A stretch of 64,000 nucleotides of DNA from Tubiluchus corallicola (taxonomy: Eukaryota; Animalia; Priapulida), in contig JAQGDQ010000354.1 of NCBI GenBank assembly GCA_030141605.1, forward strand, positions 62,001 to 126,000. The letters run 5' to 3'. Below, piece after piece: positions 12,093-25,800 of the stretch. Numbering within the stretch: position 1 is the stretch's first letter; each line of letters opens with the position of its first letter. The position numbers were made by a program, and so were the translations under genes. The notes beneath the pieces are model-generated. The model was given only the letters and a program-made list of their open reading frames with translations, made no database searches and was not told where the DNA came from.

Positions 12093-13940
12093 ATGTGGCG
12101 GTTTGTTTATAGGCACCTCGGAACTGCAGCGCCCTCTCTTTTTGATAACTTGCAATATAATGTGTTTTAACATTTTTAATTCCATCTTTATACTTGTACA
12201 TTATATAATGCTTAAGCTTAATGTCAGTAGCCATCCCCTAGTTCATGAAAAACAAAAATGGTTGATGTAACTGTGCGCTTTACAGTCCCAGTGACGAGGT
12301 GTTCGAGTGTTGTGCGCTTGCAGTTCTGCACACGTGTCCGAGATAAGAAGCTGCATGCTAGCTAGAGAAAGCACTGTCACTCACGCGGTGACAACCTTGT
12401 TGTGCGCGTGCGGTTCTGCACACGTGTCCGAGATAAGAAGCTGCATGCTAGGTAGAGAGAGCACTGTCACTCACGCGGTGACAACCTTGTTGTGCGCATG
12501 CGGTTCTGCACACGTGTCCGAGATAAGAACCTGCATGCTAGGTAGAGAGAGCATTGTCGCTCACGCGGTGACAACCTTGTTGTGCGCATGCGGTTCTGCA
12601 CACGTGTCTGAGATACGAAGCTGCATGCTAGCTAGAGAAAGCGCTGTCACTCACGCGGTGACAACCTTGTTGTGCGCATGCGGCTCTGCACACGTGTCCA
12701 AGATAAGAAGCTGCATGCTAGGTAGAGAGAGCACTGTCACTCACGCGGTGACAACCTTGTTGTGCGCATGTGGTTCTGCACACGTGTCTGAGATACGAAG
12801 CTGCATGTTAGGTAGAGAGAGCGCTGTCACTCACGCTGTGACAACCTTGTTGTGCGCATGCGGTTCTGCACACGTGTCTGAGATACGAAGCTGCATGTTA
12901 GGTAGAGAGAGCGCTGTCACTCACGCTGTGACAACCTTGTTGTGCGCATGCGGTTCTGCACACGTGTCCGAAATAAGAAGCTGCATGCTAGGCAGAGAGA
13001 GCACTGTCGCTCACGCGGTGACAACCTTGTTGTGCACATGCGGTTCTGCACACGTCTCCGAGATAAGAAGCTGCATGCTAGGTAGAGAGAGCACTGTCGC
13101 TCACGCGGTGACAACCTTGTTGTGCACTTGCGGTTCTGCACACGTGTCCGAGATAAGAAGCTGCATGCTAGGTAGAGAGAGCACTGTCGCTCACGCGGTG
13201 ACAACCTTGTTGTGCACATGCGGTTCTGCACACGTCTCCGAGATAAGAAGCTGCATGCTAGGTAGAGAGAGCACTGTCGCTCACGCGGTGACAACCTTGT
13301 TGTGCACATGCGGTTCTGCACACGTCTCCGAGATAAGAAGCTGCATGCTAGGTAGAGAGAGCACTGTCGCTCACGCGGTGACAACCTTGTTGTGCACTTG
13401 CGGTTCTGCACACGTGTCCGAGATAAGAAGCTGCATGCTAGGTAGAGAGAGCACTGTCGCTCACGCGGTGACAACCTTGTTGTGCGCATGCGGTTCTGCA
13501 CACGTCTCCGAGATAAGAAGCTGCATGCTAGGTAGAGAGAGCACTGTCGCTCACGCGGTGACAACCTTGTTGTGCACTTGCGGTTCTGCACACGTGTCCG
13601 AGATAAGAAGCTGCATGCTAGCTAGCATGCGGCCATGCACACACATGTCTGAGATCAGATGCCGCACGTTAAGTAGAATGAGTACTGTCGCTCACGCAGT
13701 GTCAGTTGTCACGTCCTTGAAAGCCAAGCCGAGTACCCCGGCATATTCTTGAACTGCGACAATTTAGGCTATTTTTTGTTTATTTAGTTTATGTATAAAT
13801 TTTCGTACATTTGTTTGTTTGTGATTACAATTACAACATTAAAATTACATTTGCTTGTTTCATTTTACAAAGTATTATAACAATGGCTAAAAATTTTCTG
13901 AAGCGGCACCCCCAGTAATTTTAACTACGAGCCACCCCTG
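12093..13940. mobile_element. MITE family A relative carrying an internal 90-bp tandem array
   Basis: Both ends match family A (GGAACTGCAGC..; TACGAGCCACCCCTG). Confidence 0.75.
12307..13624. repeat. 90-bp tandem array, about 14.6 copies
   Basis: Unit TTGTTGTGCGCATGCGGTTCTGCACACGTGTCCGAGATAAGAAGCTGCATGCTAGGTAGAGAGAGCACTGTCGCTCACGCGGTGACAACC, no spacers. Confidence 0.97.
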
Positions 13941-16801
13941 ACTCCTCCTATACAGCAAAATTGTTCATTAGAAGTAGTTCAGCAGTTAGTCTGGATGTTT
14001 TCACTGTATTTAGCAAGTGGAATTGTGGCCAAATTCCTATACTGCAAAATTATTTATTAGAAATAGTTCAGCAGTTTGACAGAAGAGCTTTTAATTTTTT
14101 CATTGATTTGAGATAGAAGAGAGACATTTTTGAAGCCAAAATATTTTGTCTTTTTATTTTCTTAAGCATAAATTATTGAAACATAATTAAGAAAAACACA
14201 CCTGTTAGTATAAGTTCATCTATACTATCTGTTTTTAAACTAAGAATACTTATTTGGAATAATTCGTATATTCTTGTAACTAATTGACAATGTTACTGTA
14301 TGTTGATTTAGATGTTGATTGTGATAGTTAATTAACAAAGAATTGGCGGAATGTGAATGAATAAAAGTGAATAAATGCTTATTTTCCTTGCCTAAAACTT
14401 TACCTCTGAAAATGTTACTAGTGATAGTAATTCAGTGGTATTCAGTGTGTTTTTATTTCACTGCTTATAAGTATCGTGCATTGCTTTATATTTTTACTTC
14501 CTTACAAGTTAAACTGTTTGCTAGTCCAGCTATTTTCAATGTTATTACATGTCCCCTGTTGTTATTGTTTGCAGCTAAATTTCTGTCTTGATTATCTGTT
14601 GTTATTAAAACTTAAATATGTGCTTTTGCAGCAAAATCAAGTTGTTTAGCTTCTGTGAAATAATATGCTCTTATTTCTCAATGTAAAGAATGCCATTAAA
14701 GCTATTAGAATGCCATTAATGTGAAAACGCAAACGTCTTTGTTTTATCCAAGGATAGTATTTAACAGAAAGCTTATTTTAAAAATTTAATATCGTACCTT
14801 TCCTTTTAATAACGTATAGAAGTAAAGAAAGGGCAGAAATTTGGAGAAAAATTGATACTTTAAAGGGGGAGAAGCTCTGAATATCCGAGGTTCGAAAACC
14901 GAAAAAGCTTGAATAAAAAGAGACGTATTTATATGAAGACCACTGTACTTGTCTTTAATGACTGCCAAAAAAGAGAAACGATTAATTGTAATGCTAACAT
15001 ATATATTTTGCAATATTTACTTACACAAAACAACAGTGAAAACAAACAAACTATATTAAACAATACATTAATCTTCTATAAACTAATCAAAATAATGATC
15101 TATAATTAAGCCATCTAAACCGGGATAATGTGAGTGTTCTCTACGACACGTTACCAATGAGTTAGTTCTACGGAAGGCTTATAACATTCAATATTCATTA
15201 TATCTACAATAGGGTTAGATACAAGTTTACGATCACGTATGCCATGTTACCTTTACAAGGTAAAAACTACCTATGAATGCGACAAGTGTTTGAAATCGCG
15301 ACTGTTTTACGCTTGCAACAGTCCGTGACAGCTAAGTAAAAGTTGTAATAATTTATTCTGTAATTTTGCAGTTATTCACTAGTAAAGTAACTTTATAAAG
15401 CCGATATTGTAATAGATTTTGGCTCATGTAAATGCTATTTACTCATTGTGAAGCAAACATGTATGTTCAAAATTTTTACGAAAATTTAGATTTTATAACA
15501 ACCGTAAACGTGTACTGTTCACAACTATCTTATTACCATCATTTCAAAAACAGAAAGCAAAGATTGTAAAATGTTTGCACATTATTTCCACCATTTCAGA
15601 AACAGAAGCAAAGACTGCAGCATGTTAGCACATTATTACCATATCATTTTAGGAACAGAAAGCAAAGACTATCTAGAATGTGTGTGCACTATTGATAATC
15701 AGTGGGCGGATTTATTAGCATTTGTCATTTCATACAATTTTAGCATTGTGCAAAATGTTTTTGATTTTGATTTTGCTTTGTGGCATTGTGTAGGTGGTTT
15801 TTTTTAAAATTGTGACGTCATAATATTTATAGTACTACTACAAAAAATTGATGAAATAGTTAAAAGAACCAACGGAAAGATATCATATGAAACACAGCAC
15901 ATTGCTAAAGTTTGTACATTTTACACGTATGAGCAAGGCATATGCGTGTACACATGTACGTGGCAAGCAAGTAACCCAAGGCTTCACATTCCACACTAGC
16001 TTAGAATTAACTCATTAATAAATTACACTAGTAAAAACAAACCACAGTTAGCACATGATAAAAGCACTGGATTCCAAAAATAAAGGTGGGCAACCAGATA
16101 AAAATAATTGATGGTTTGATGATCTACATGCATAGATAATAATAATTAAATGTCGCATGTGCCTATTGCACTGGAATTTACATGGACAGAGCTCCAAATA
16201 CCGTCAGCTCCATCACTCCTTTGAGGTTTTTCAAGTGGTCTTTAAGTGGAAAGTCCACTTAAATAAGAACTATAGAATAGAAAGGACTGTACATTAAATG
16301 TATTAATAGTGCTATCAAAAATGTAATAATAAGTATAATAATAAAACAACATAATATTTCTTAAATTTAATATTGCAATAATCAAGGAAACGATAAAGAC
16401 CATAAACATTAAAAAATGTTGTAAAAGTGGCGGTAGTGACCATGCATCGACCAAGAAAGGAATACAGATTAATTATAACAGACAAAAATAAACAGAAAAT
16501 AAAGTACTAAATAAAAAGCAAGTGAAACATCTTTCTTTTGAATTTTCTTAATAATTTTTTGCAGCTAGGTTGTCAATGGTTGAGTACGCAGTAAATATGA
16601 AACTATTTAATTTTTGTCACATTTCTCCACGATGATACATACATACTCGCTGTCGTTGATGCAGCGTCTATTTAATTGTCTGTTTTCACCCTAGATAGCA
16701 GCACAAGATAGAAATATTTACACAAATTGATCACTAGATTCACGCAGTAGTCTGAAAAGTTGTGTTTTTCATTAGTAATAAAATTAATCCGGTTTGTAAT
16801 A

Positions 16802-19800
16802 ATGGTAAGGTGACAAGTTGTCATATATTGCTTAATATATTTATCATTTATAGTGAAAAGAATGTAAAGTGCTAAGTAGATGTGTTAGAAATTCTTCCAA
16901 GAAAAGTTGCGTCTTTTCAGCATTCAGTAGTGACGTTTGCTAATTTCGATGATGCACCCATGGATACCGTAGATACGCTCGATTCTGTACTACCAGCAGG
17001 CAAATCCTAAATGAATGGACGTGATGAACGTAACATGGGTGTAAACTGGACGTCTTTTCACTAATTCAATGGACGTGATGGACGTAATTAAAATAAAAAT
17101 CTCGTGGCAAAAACAAATCAAATTCATTTGCATGTGATATGAAGTCCATCACTTTTTTTGTAGTTTTGTACATCATAATTTTGAGTTTTGTTTTGCAGGC
17201 ATGATTTAAAACTAAAACTATTTATTTCTTGCAGTTTCAGTTTAACATGTTTCCAGACGCATTGCGGCCTTTCAGTACACAGTACCGGGTTTATTCCGTG
17301 TCAATGTTGCCCGGGAATGAGCGGGAAGATGTGGAGCGTGGAGGAAAAAGTATGTTATTGCTAGAAAATAAACTACAGTAATATTCATTTGGTGAAACTG
17401 GTGTGCAAGATAGCAAGATAGAAAGTTGTGTTTTTTAATTTCAGAAGACATAAGGGGCGCTACTACACTTTCGCACCGCCTAGCTTTTCCTAGGTTATTA
17501 CTCGTTTCTAGGCCCGTAGGTCATTATTCTATTATTCTTACGTCATCAGTGAATGTTTCCGCTAATCTAATTGTAATTTAATCATTTATTTAGGTATAAT
17601 TACCAATAATTACGCTCTATTCACAGTTCTACACAGTATCGCCATCTTGTTTGTGTGTGTAGAATGTAGTGACGAATTTCGTACTAGTTTATGCATTATC
17701 AGGGCCTAGCTTAAAAGGCACGTGACACACTTTCATCTTAATTGCATTTATGAAATAAAGAAAAAACCTTTACTTTTATAATCTAATATGTGGGAACACT
17801 GTAATATGATACAAACTCCCATGGCTGCAACCATAATAATCATAAATTATGCAAAAAAACTAAAAATACAGGTTAAGGGCCACTACGTCACTGCGCGAAA
17901 GCGATTGCCCATTAGTGGTGTAAACACGGTTATTCACGTGCAGCTATTTGCGTAATGGCGGCGATAAGTAATGTATGATTTTAATCTGGAATTATAAAGC
18001 GTAAAAAGCACTAATATTATGGGAATATGGTGTATATTACCCCTGTTGGTCTGCTTTCTGGCCTGCAGGCGTGAAAAGAACCAATAGGCCACGAAAAGCT
18101 AGGCGGTGCGAAAGTGTAATAGCGCCGACATAAGGTTTTTATTATACTTTTGTATCTGTATGTAAGCATTTTATTTGTGTAATGGCTTCAATGAATTTTA
18201 GCACGACAACATTTGCCTTAAAATTTCCTCAAATTTGTTTTTATGTTTATGTTATTACTAGTTGCAGTACCGTATTTTCCCGTGTATAAGAGACCCTTGT
18301 GTATAAGAGACCCCTTCAATTTTTAGGCAAAAATTCTGGAAAAAAGTTTTTTCAGACGGACATTTTTAGAGGGTAGAGTACAACTTTTTTCAACTCAGTG
18401 CGGTACTGAAAACAAAATAAAACCAGTTAATGTGTTGTAGAAAAAGAGTACTGGTATATATCAAAGTGCGTACCTGCAAACCTGTAACAGGAAAAGAGAA
18501 AACGAGGAGATAATGCCTGTGTCACGATGCTTGTATTGCTTACAACCGCTTCATAGTCGAACGCGACACGCAAAACAGTTGTAGAGCACTTATTTCTTTA
18601 AAATCATTAGTGTCACAATTTATGCATCTTATTGAAAATACTTACTCCCACGTATAAGAGACCCCCTATTTTTAAAGTGAAAATTCTGAGCAAAAAAGGG
18701 TCTCTTATACACGGGAAAATACGGTAATTATTAGAAAAACTTTAATAATGAAGCAACTGCTAGAAACTTTTTGCTGATTCTTTCACTACGCTGCTGAAAT
18801 TTTGGTATACCTAAGCTTAGAGAACATGCTTTTCTGCAGTAAGTCTTCGCTTAACGACACTAATGCGTTCCAGCAAAATGTGATGTTAAGTGAAACGCAG
18901 TTAAGCAAAGCCCACACTTCAGTAGAAGGTAACGCAGATGAATTGAGTTACGTTCTAGGGGCAAAAAAGGTTTTATGGGTTTTACTCATATTTCTACTGA
19001 TTAATTTCTTTCTGCTTGCACGAAACCACCTATGTATGTTACTTACCTACCTAGCGGTTTCTCTTTCATTAGCATTTAAGTGTAGGCATCGGCTAAACAG
19101 TAAACACTGCAGCAGAGTGAAAGCCAAGCCCTTGCGACCTTGGCAATTTTATCAAGTCTGGTTGCTATAACAACAGGTTGCAGGCAAAATTCCTTCCCCT
19201 AAAGTTTGCTCCCATGTCTCACTTTATACGAACGACTAGTATTTGGTGGTCAGTTGGGAAGCAAAAACATATAATTGTATAATCATTGCAGAGTTCACGC
19301 TGCTAGTGCATTTTTAGAACAGAATAGCGCAATAAGTACTGTTTTAATGCATCAAATTAGTTAAAAAAATGTTACTAATAAAATTAGTTAAAAAAACGGG
19401 GACTTACTGTACTATAAACGTTTACACTGTACGTATTACCAGCTAATCAGTAAATGCATTAAAAACATAATTTGTCCTAAAAACGTATTTGTAAGGTTTG
19501 GATAGGTAGCGTTGCTTGCATGTTGCATGTAATGAATATTAAATTTTATTGAGCAACAAAAGTAACTGTTTAACATTTTTTGCTTATATTTCTTTCAGTA
19601 ATAATGCCACCATCAGCTCTTGATCAACTGAGTATGTATATTTAGTATTAATTAAGTAATTAAATGTTAAATAACTATTATTTATTCTGGTTAGTTTTGT
19701 AATAATCATATTATTAGAACTGTGCTATAAAAGTTAAAAGAATAAAAGTATTACAGATACCAATGCGTAATTGTATAAACTCGTAAGAATATGTGCTCAT

Positions 19801-22800
19801 TAGATATTAGTTTAATTTCTAATATTCGTCGTAAGACACTTCAGTCGGCCACACAAAAATTTGTTTCTGTCTTACATCACGAGCTCAAAAGATGACAGTA
19901 CGGAAGGTAGAAAAACGTTTTTTAAGCTTTGTGGACATTTAAAATTAAATCGTGGAATATTTAAAATCGGTTGAAATCCAAGTTTATTTCCCACTGGTTA
20001 GCAGTAATGTTTGAAATTTTTTCAATTCACATTTTTTCAAGCTTCATTTTTTAGTTTTGCATTACTAAATTATCGTATAATTATTGATTATTGTATCGTC
20101 TCTTTTTTGTATCATGAGCTTGTATGTTTTGATAATCATGGTATAAGCGGCAACACTACTCAGCCATTAAAACACCAATTTGCTAAAAGTTCAATACTTT
20201 TTAGCCTCCAGTACAATGGGCATCATACTAAATGGCAACCCTGGTCGAGAGTTAGCCGTGGAAAAGACATGGCCGGCATCCTGCGTTCCCCGAAAGAACG
20301 ATGCTATAATAATTATTGCGTTTTACATTTTAAACTAAAGAAATACGCTTTTATATGACTGCGTCGAATTAGTATATGAACGTACAGAAAAAATGATATA
20401 AAATTCCCGACCGGGTGTGCGATAAAAAATATTACCGGCGATTAGTCGGCAACAGAAGTATTCTTATTGTCGATCCCTGTCCCTAAAGGACATGTTATGA
20501 GACAAGTCACTGTCCTACTGTGTGTATGAGAGGCTTCAAACTAAAGCTCAAGCTTTTCTGATTTTGATAGTAATTGATGCGAAAGTCCACATATCACATA
20601 TTGCAAGCTAGCAGACAAAGCTATAGACATTACAAGTACATGATATAAACATTTAACCTAACATCACAGTTGACTAACTCCTTAGTTCATGTAAACTAGT
20701 GTTCTAGTGTTCACTTCATTAAAACATTACTAATTTCTTATTTTTGTGAGAACTTTAGTCTATTAACACTGTCAGTTCTTTGTCTTTATTTGCAAGATAG
20801 GTGAATAAAATATTTACCATAATGCTATAGTTACTTTTTTGTCCATAATTGCAAATCATAATGTAATATTGTTATTTTTTTTAGCGAGATTGAACATTGA
20901 ATACCCGATGCTGTTTAAACTCACAAATAAAAAAACAAACCGTATAACTCACTGTGGTGTGTTAGAATTCGTTGCTGATGAAGGAAAAATATACATACCT
21001 TACTGGGTACGATTTTCATATTTGTTTTCATTGCTTAGTGTCACTTTGTGTCTTTATTTGGAGAGGTTTGTTAAGGTATTACTGGAATGTTTAAAGCCAT
21101 TAACTGAAAAGCATAATTTGACAGCAACACACTCATGAAATTTCAGTTTTCTCGGTGTGTGTCACACATATTTCAAGTTTTGCACACGCACACACTTAAC
21201 AAAGTTCAGTTCCCACGGCGTGTGTCATACATATTTCAAGTTTTGCACACGCACACACTTATCAAAGTTCAATTCCCGCGGCGCATGTCACACATATTTC
21301 AAGTTTTGCACATGGCCACGCACGTCAAATTTCAGTTCTCTCAGCATGCGTCGCACTGCACTCATTTCATGTTTTGCACATGGCCACGCACGTCAAATTT
21401 CAGTTCCCAAGCATTCCGTAACATCACCCTCAAGTATGCAAATCATCTGGCTTCCTTTACCATCTGCACCAACAACAACTAAATAAGTTGTTTACTCTCA
21501 ACAATACTGTAGCTTACAATGTATTTTAATTTAATTTTTTGCCAGTTCTAGATGAAATACCCGAATGTTCACATATTCTTACTTGAATGTGTCTGGATGT
21601 TTTACCATGGTAAGCAGCATTGTAGCTGCTGCGCTGAAGTGTGTAGATAATACCAGACTGTAAGAGCGTGGGCATTTTGTCTTCAAATTTTTTTAACAAA
21701 GTCTGCATTACTAGATTTATCTACCTCGTGTTTATGTTCAGCAATCAAAACCGATCTCTTTTTTCTAATTCCAGATGATGAGGAATTTATTAGTAGAAGA
21801 AGGAGGCTTCTTACAGGTAGACAGTGTATCTTTACCTGTGGCAACTTTTTCCAAATTTCAACCTCAAGCACCTGATTTTCTTGACATAACTAATCCAAAA
21901 GCCGTGTATCCTTTACTTAATATATCCCTGTTAATTGTAAAGACGTTGTCATAGCAACACAGGTACTTTTTGTATTAATGTTTTTTTTGTATTTTTATCG
22001 TGTTGTTTTAATATCACGCTTTACGGCAAGGGTGTGCAAATTATCTGACTAGCCGGGTCACATTAAACTGTCCCACAATTCCTGCGGGTCACAGGCAGTT
22101 TGATCAAGGAGCCAAGAACAGAAAGGACTAATAACGATTTTTTTTGCATCCGACCTGCGTACGTCATTACTACTACATGCAAGAAAGTATTTTAGAAGTT
22201 ATTAAAATTTATATTACAAACGATATATTTCTACTTTCGGGACAGATAGTGGTCATTTCATTACAATGCATATTAGTAACGTGTATCACACAGTCTGTGT
22301 AGTACATTGACATTAAGCTACAACTGTCTTGTAAGGGTTAATGGCATCCGATCTAGTAGAAAAAACTACCCGCACTATCTTTGGGATCGTGGCAGGGACT
22401 TCAGCTGGATACACTCAATTAATCGCCCGGGCCGCACTTTCACTAGGTTGACTAATCTCTTCACGAGCCGCACAAATTCTCTCGGGGGGCCGCAATTTGC
22501 ACACCCCTGCTTTAGCTTAATAATGACTACATTTAGCATTGATCTATTAATAAACATTTTTATGAAATTATAGTGTTACAGTTAATTAAGTTCTTAACTC
22601 CATGCAGATTAGAAAATGAATTGCGTTCGTTTGCGTGTCTGTCGACAGGTGACGTGATAGCTATCAAATACAATCAACGGGTGAGTACCTTTGTAGCTTT
22701 TTCTTGTTAATGTGCAGGAAATTTGAATATATCAGATTCTGGACAAAGCACAAGAAAACCCTCCACTTACGTAAAGCTTAAAAAATTCGTCTTGAAATTT

Positions 22801-25800
22801 TATACCACTTACGTACTGCCTTTTTGCATGCAGAATTTGCATCGGTAGTAATGCTGTATGAAACTTGTAACTTTAAACTTCTGCGATGACCACTAGGTGC
22901 GGCCATTTTGATGATTAGTCATTTGAAACAAGTTTAGATAACACTGAGTAAATTTTGAAAAAATAATCACGGCATTCGTAGCACACGTTACTAAGTAAAA
23001 TTTAAAAATACTGTATCTTGTAAACAAGATTAAAAATACGGTTTGGTTAGTGAGTAGTACACCATGGAGGGTGAGTCAGCGAAATTTTACCAATTGGCAA
23101 AAACATTTTAAATTATTATTATTTCTAGTTCATAAGTCTTTCTAGTAGGTAAGTGAAATGCTAAGTAAAATAGATTTGCATGGAAAGTTTTTTGGGACAT
23201 AATTTAACATTGTGTTTTCATCCCCTGATTTACGTTTGCGTCAGGGATGAGAATTTTTCACGGATATGCGGAATTCCAAGTTTTTGGAAGACCAGTAGCG
23301 CCATTATTGTAAATCGCGTAAATTCGTTGAGAAAATTTTTCGGAGGGGGGTCCGGGTTGGGAGAGTTAGGACAAGTTTCAATTCTGATCACCTTCCAAAG
23401 GTACAAATGGCCTGCATTCGGAGAACTAAAATGTAATTATAGGTGTTGGGCTTGTACCGAATGTTTCCGATTGCTCCCGAGTCTTCTGAGACAATATTGG
23501 TTTGATCGCTTTAATGAATTTCGTGGTCTAAGAGCACAGATAAACAACGCCAGTTGAAAGTGCAGTTCAGTCTTCATATTATAAATATAGGGTGTTTTGC
23601 GAATGCTATTACAATGATGATTGCTGCTAATTTTGCATGGGAATATTAATCGTAAATCTTTTAGCAAAGCGGTCAGCTGAACCGTACCATTGTCCACGAA
23701 ACTTGTCAAATTGGGCAACTGAATATAATCTTAGTCTTCCGATTATGGCGCTGTGGTCTCTCGCGTGAGAACTGACAGTAAATGATGGAATGATAAACAC
23801 GTACACGTGGGAAAACAAAGCCAAAACAATTCGACGTGGCCAAGGTATCAAGTCGGGAGGAAGAAAACAGAGCAGGGCTGCTTGCATAAAGAACTGCTTC
23901 CGATGGTCGTGGTTTGAGAAGACCGTTTCCATTAAAATTGACACCGACACATTGCAACTGAAGTTGGATGACCAGTTCAAGAAAATTGATGTGGTTTTAT
24001 GTATCTTTTGCGCTGACCAGGCGAATTATGGAAGCAGGGATTTCAAAACCATTGAAGAGAACATGTATCCTTGATAGTTGGGTATTTTAAATTATGCATG
24101 AAACAAGGTAATTGATGTTTTAAGTCCACTTAGGGGCTCTCTAGGGTCGCAAATTTGCAGTTTGTTGCTGGCTCCCCTTGAACCCCCATGGGGGCTTTGC
24201 CCCTCAACCATAAGTTGAGGGGTTTGCCACCCAGAACAGTATAGCGAGAGATTTAAAATAAAAGCAAACAAAAATCCCTTTCAACACGAGTACGGTATAA
24301 GCATAAATTTGCTATAAAATAATGTAATCTTTAAGCCGATTTTTCTGAAACCTACTTCAGGTATCGCTTTTCTTGTCCTTGTTGGTGCTAAAGATAAAAT
24401 GTCGATGTTCACTTCACGTTGTGCTATCTGTAAAGTGTCATTGTCATTTCTGTTTCCTTTTAGATATACGAATTGAACGTTCTGGAGACCAAACCAGGAA
24501 ACGCTGTCAGCATCATTGAATGTGATATGAATGTAAGTATAAAATTATTTGAACTCAGTGCTTTTGCATTCGTTAAATTCCAATCTTATCAAATGCTTTG
24601 TTGTTAGCAGTTTTACCTAGGAGAAGAACAGCTCTTTAGTTTTTATCGTTTCAGAAAGCTAGTGTCAACTAGTTAGAAAAATTACCAACAGGTGGCACAA
24701 CAACTCGAAGTGCTGGAATAATGCAAGCCTTGCCCCCCAGTGTAACGGTGGAATAACTTTTTTTTTAAATTCTTTGCAGGTTCATTTCACTGATAGTAGA
24801 TAATCTTGAAATTAATATTATGAATCATTGATGTGCCCCTTCTTAATTAATTATTAATAAATCAATAATTATTATTGTAAAACTTATTTTTCGCTGGTAT
24901 ACATAAATGTTGCCTGATACAAATGGTTAACATTTAGTGGTCAGTCGGGAAGCACAAACTTTTAATTCTGCAATTACAATTTAACAAGACTGCAAATACT
25001 GCAATTACAAGTTTCATTGTTGTGCCTGATTAACTTACTGGCCATTGAGATATTTCACTTTTTACACAAAGTTTGTTAATTTTGTTACAATGAGAATTTG
25101 CAGGTAAAAACAGTCAACAGATCTGTTAAGAGCGGTTCGTAAGCTTTGTAATGATTACATTTTTGTGTTAAGATCGTTTTTGGGTTTTGTGCATTTTCGG
25201 TAAATTTATTAGGTATTTTATGCTGTTTTGTTCAGAAATGAAGCATTTTTCATGGGGCACTGGCAAATTTTTCTGAACTTGAACAACAACAGCCAGCATC
25301 TTCAAATAGCTAATGAAATATCTAACCTGATTATGCAAATGCAGAACATGAACTTTTTGTGTGTTAATGACATTTGTAAAAAATTGTACAAAATTTCACA
25401 CAGTAGCAAGGCACAGCTTAGCTGGAATAACAGGTGACCATGGTGTTTATGACACACAGCTGCTATGTTCTTTGTCCTGCTGTTGCTTCTAACATCACAC
25501 TGCCGGAATGGGCATTGCTAAAGTTGGCGTTTCTATGGTGACTGAGCAATTTTTTGTCTGCCATCTAGTGGCGAGTTAAAAAAACAATGCAAGGTGTGTA
25601 ATTGCACTGCTTGCAGTCATATGCAATTGTCGTGTTTTATGCTAATAATGCATTTTAGAACAGAATAACACAATTGCATCAAATTGGGTAAAATGTTGCT
25701 GGTAAAATAAAAAGTGGCTTCGAGAAAAGTAAAGAAATGAAGCACATTAAAATGAAGCATGCATCACTAAGTGAGAACAAAGTGTCAAATGGCCAGCGTC

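Noticed and set aside
12307-13752. 481-aa repeat ORF (and the 224-aa antisense ORF) as a protein-coding gene
   Set aside because: Arises from a 90-bp unit inside a MITE; no ATG start, splice context or known domain.
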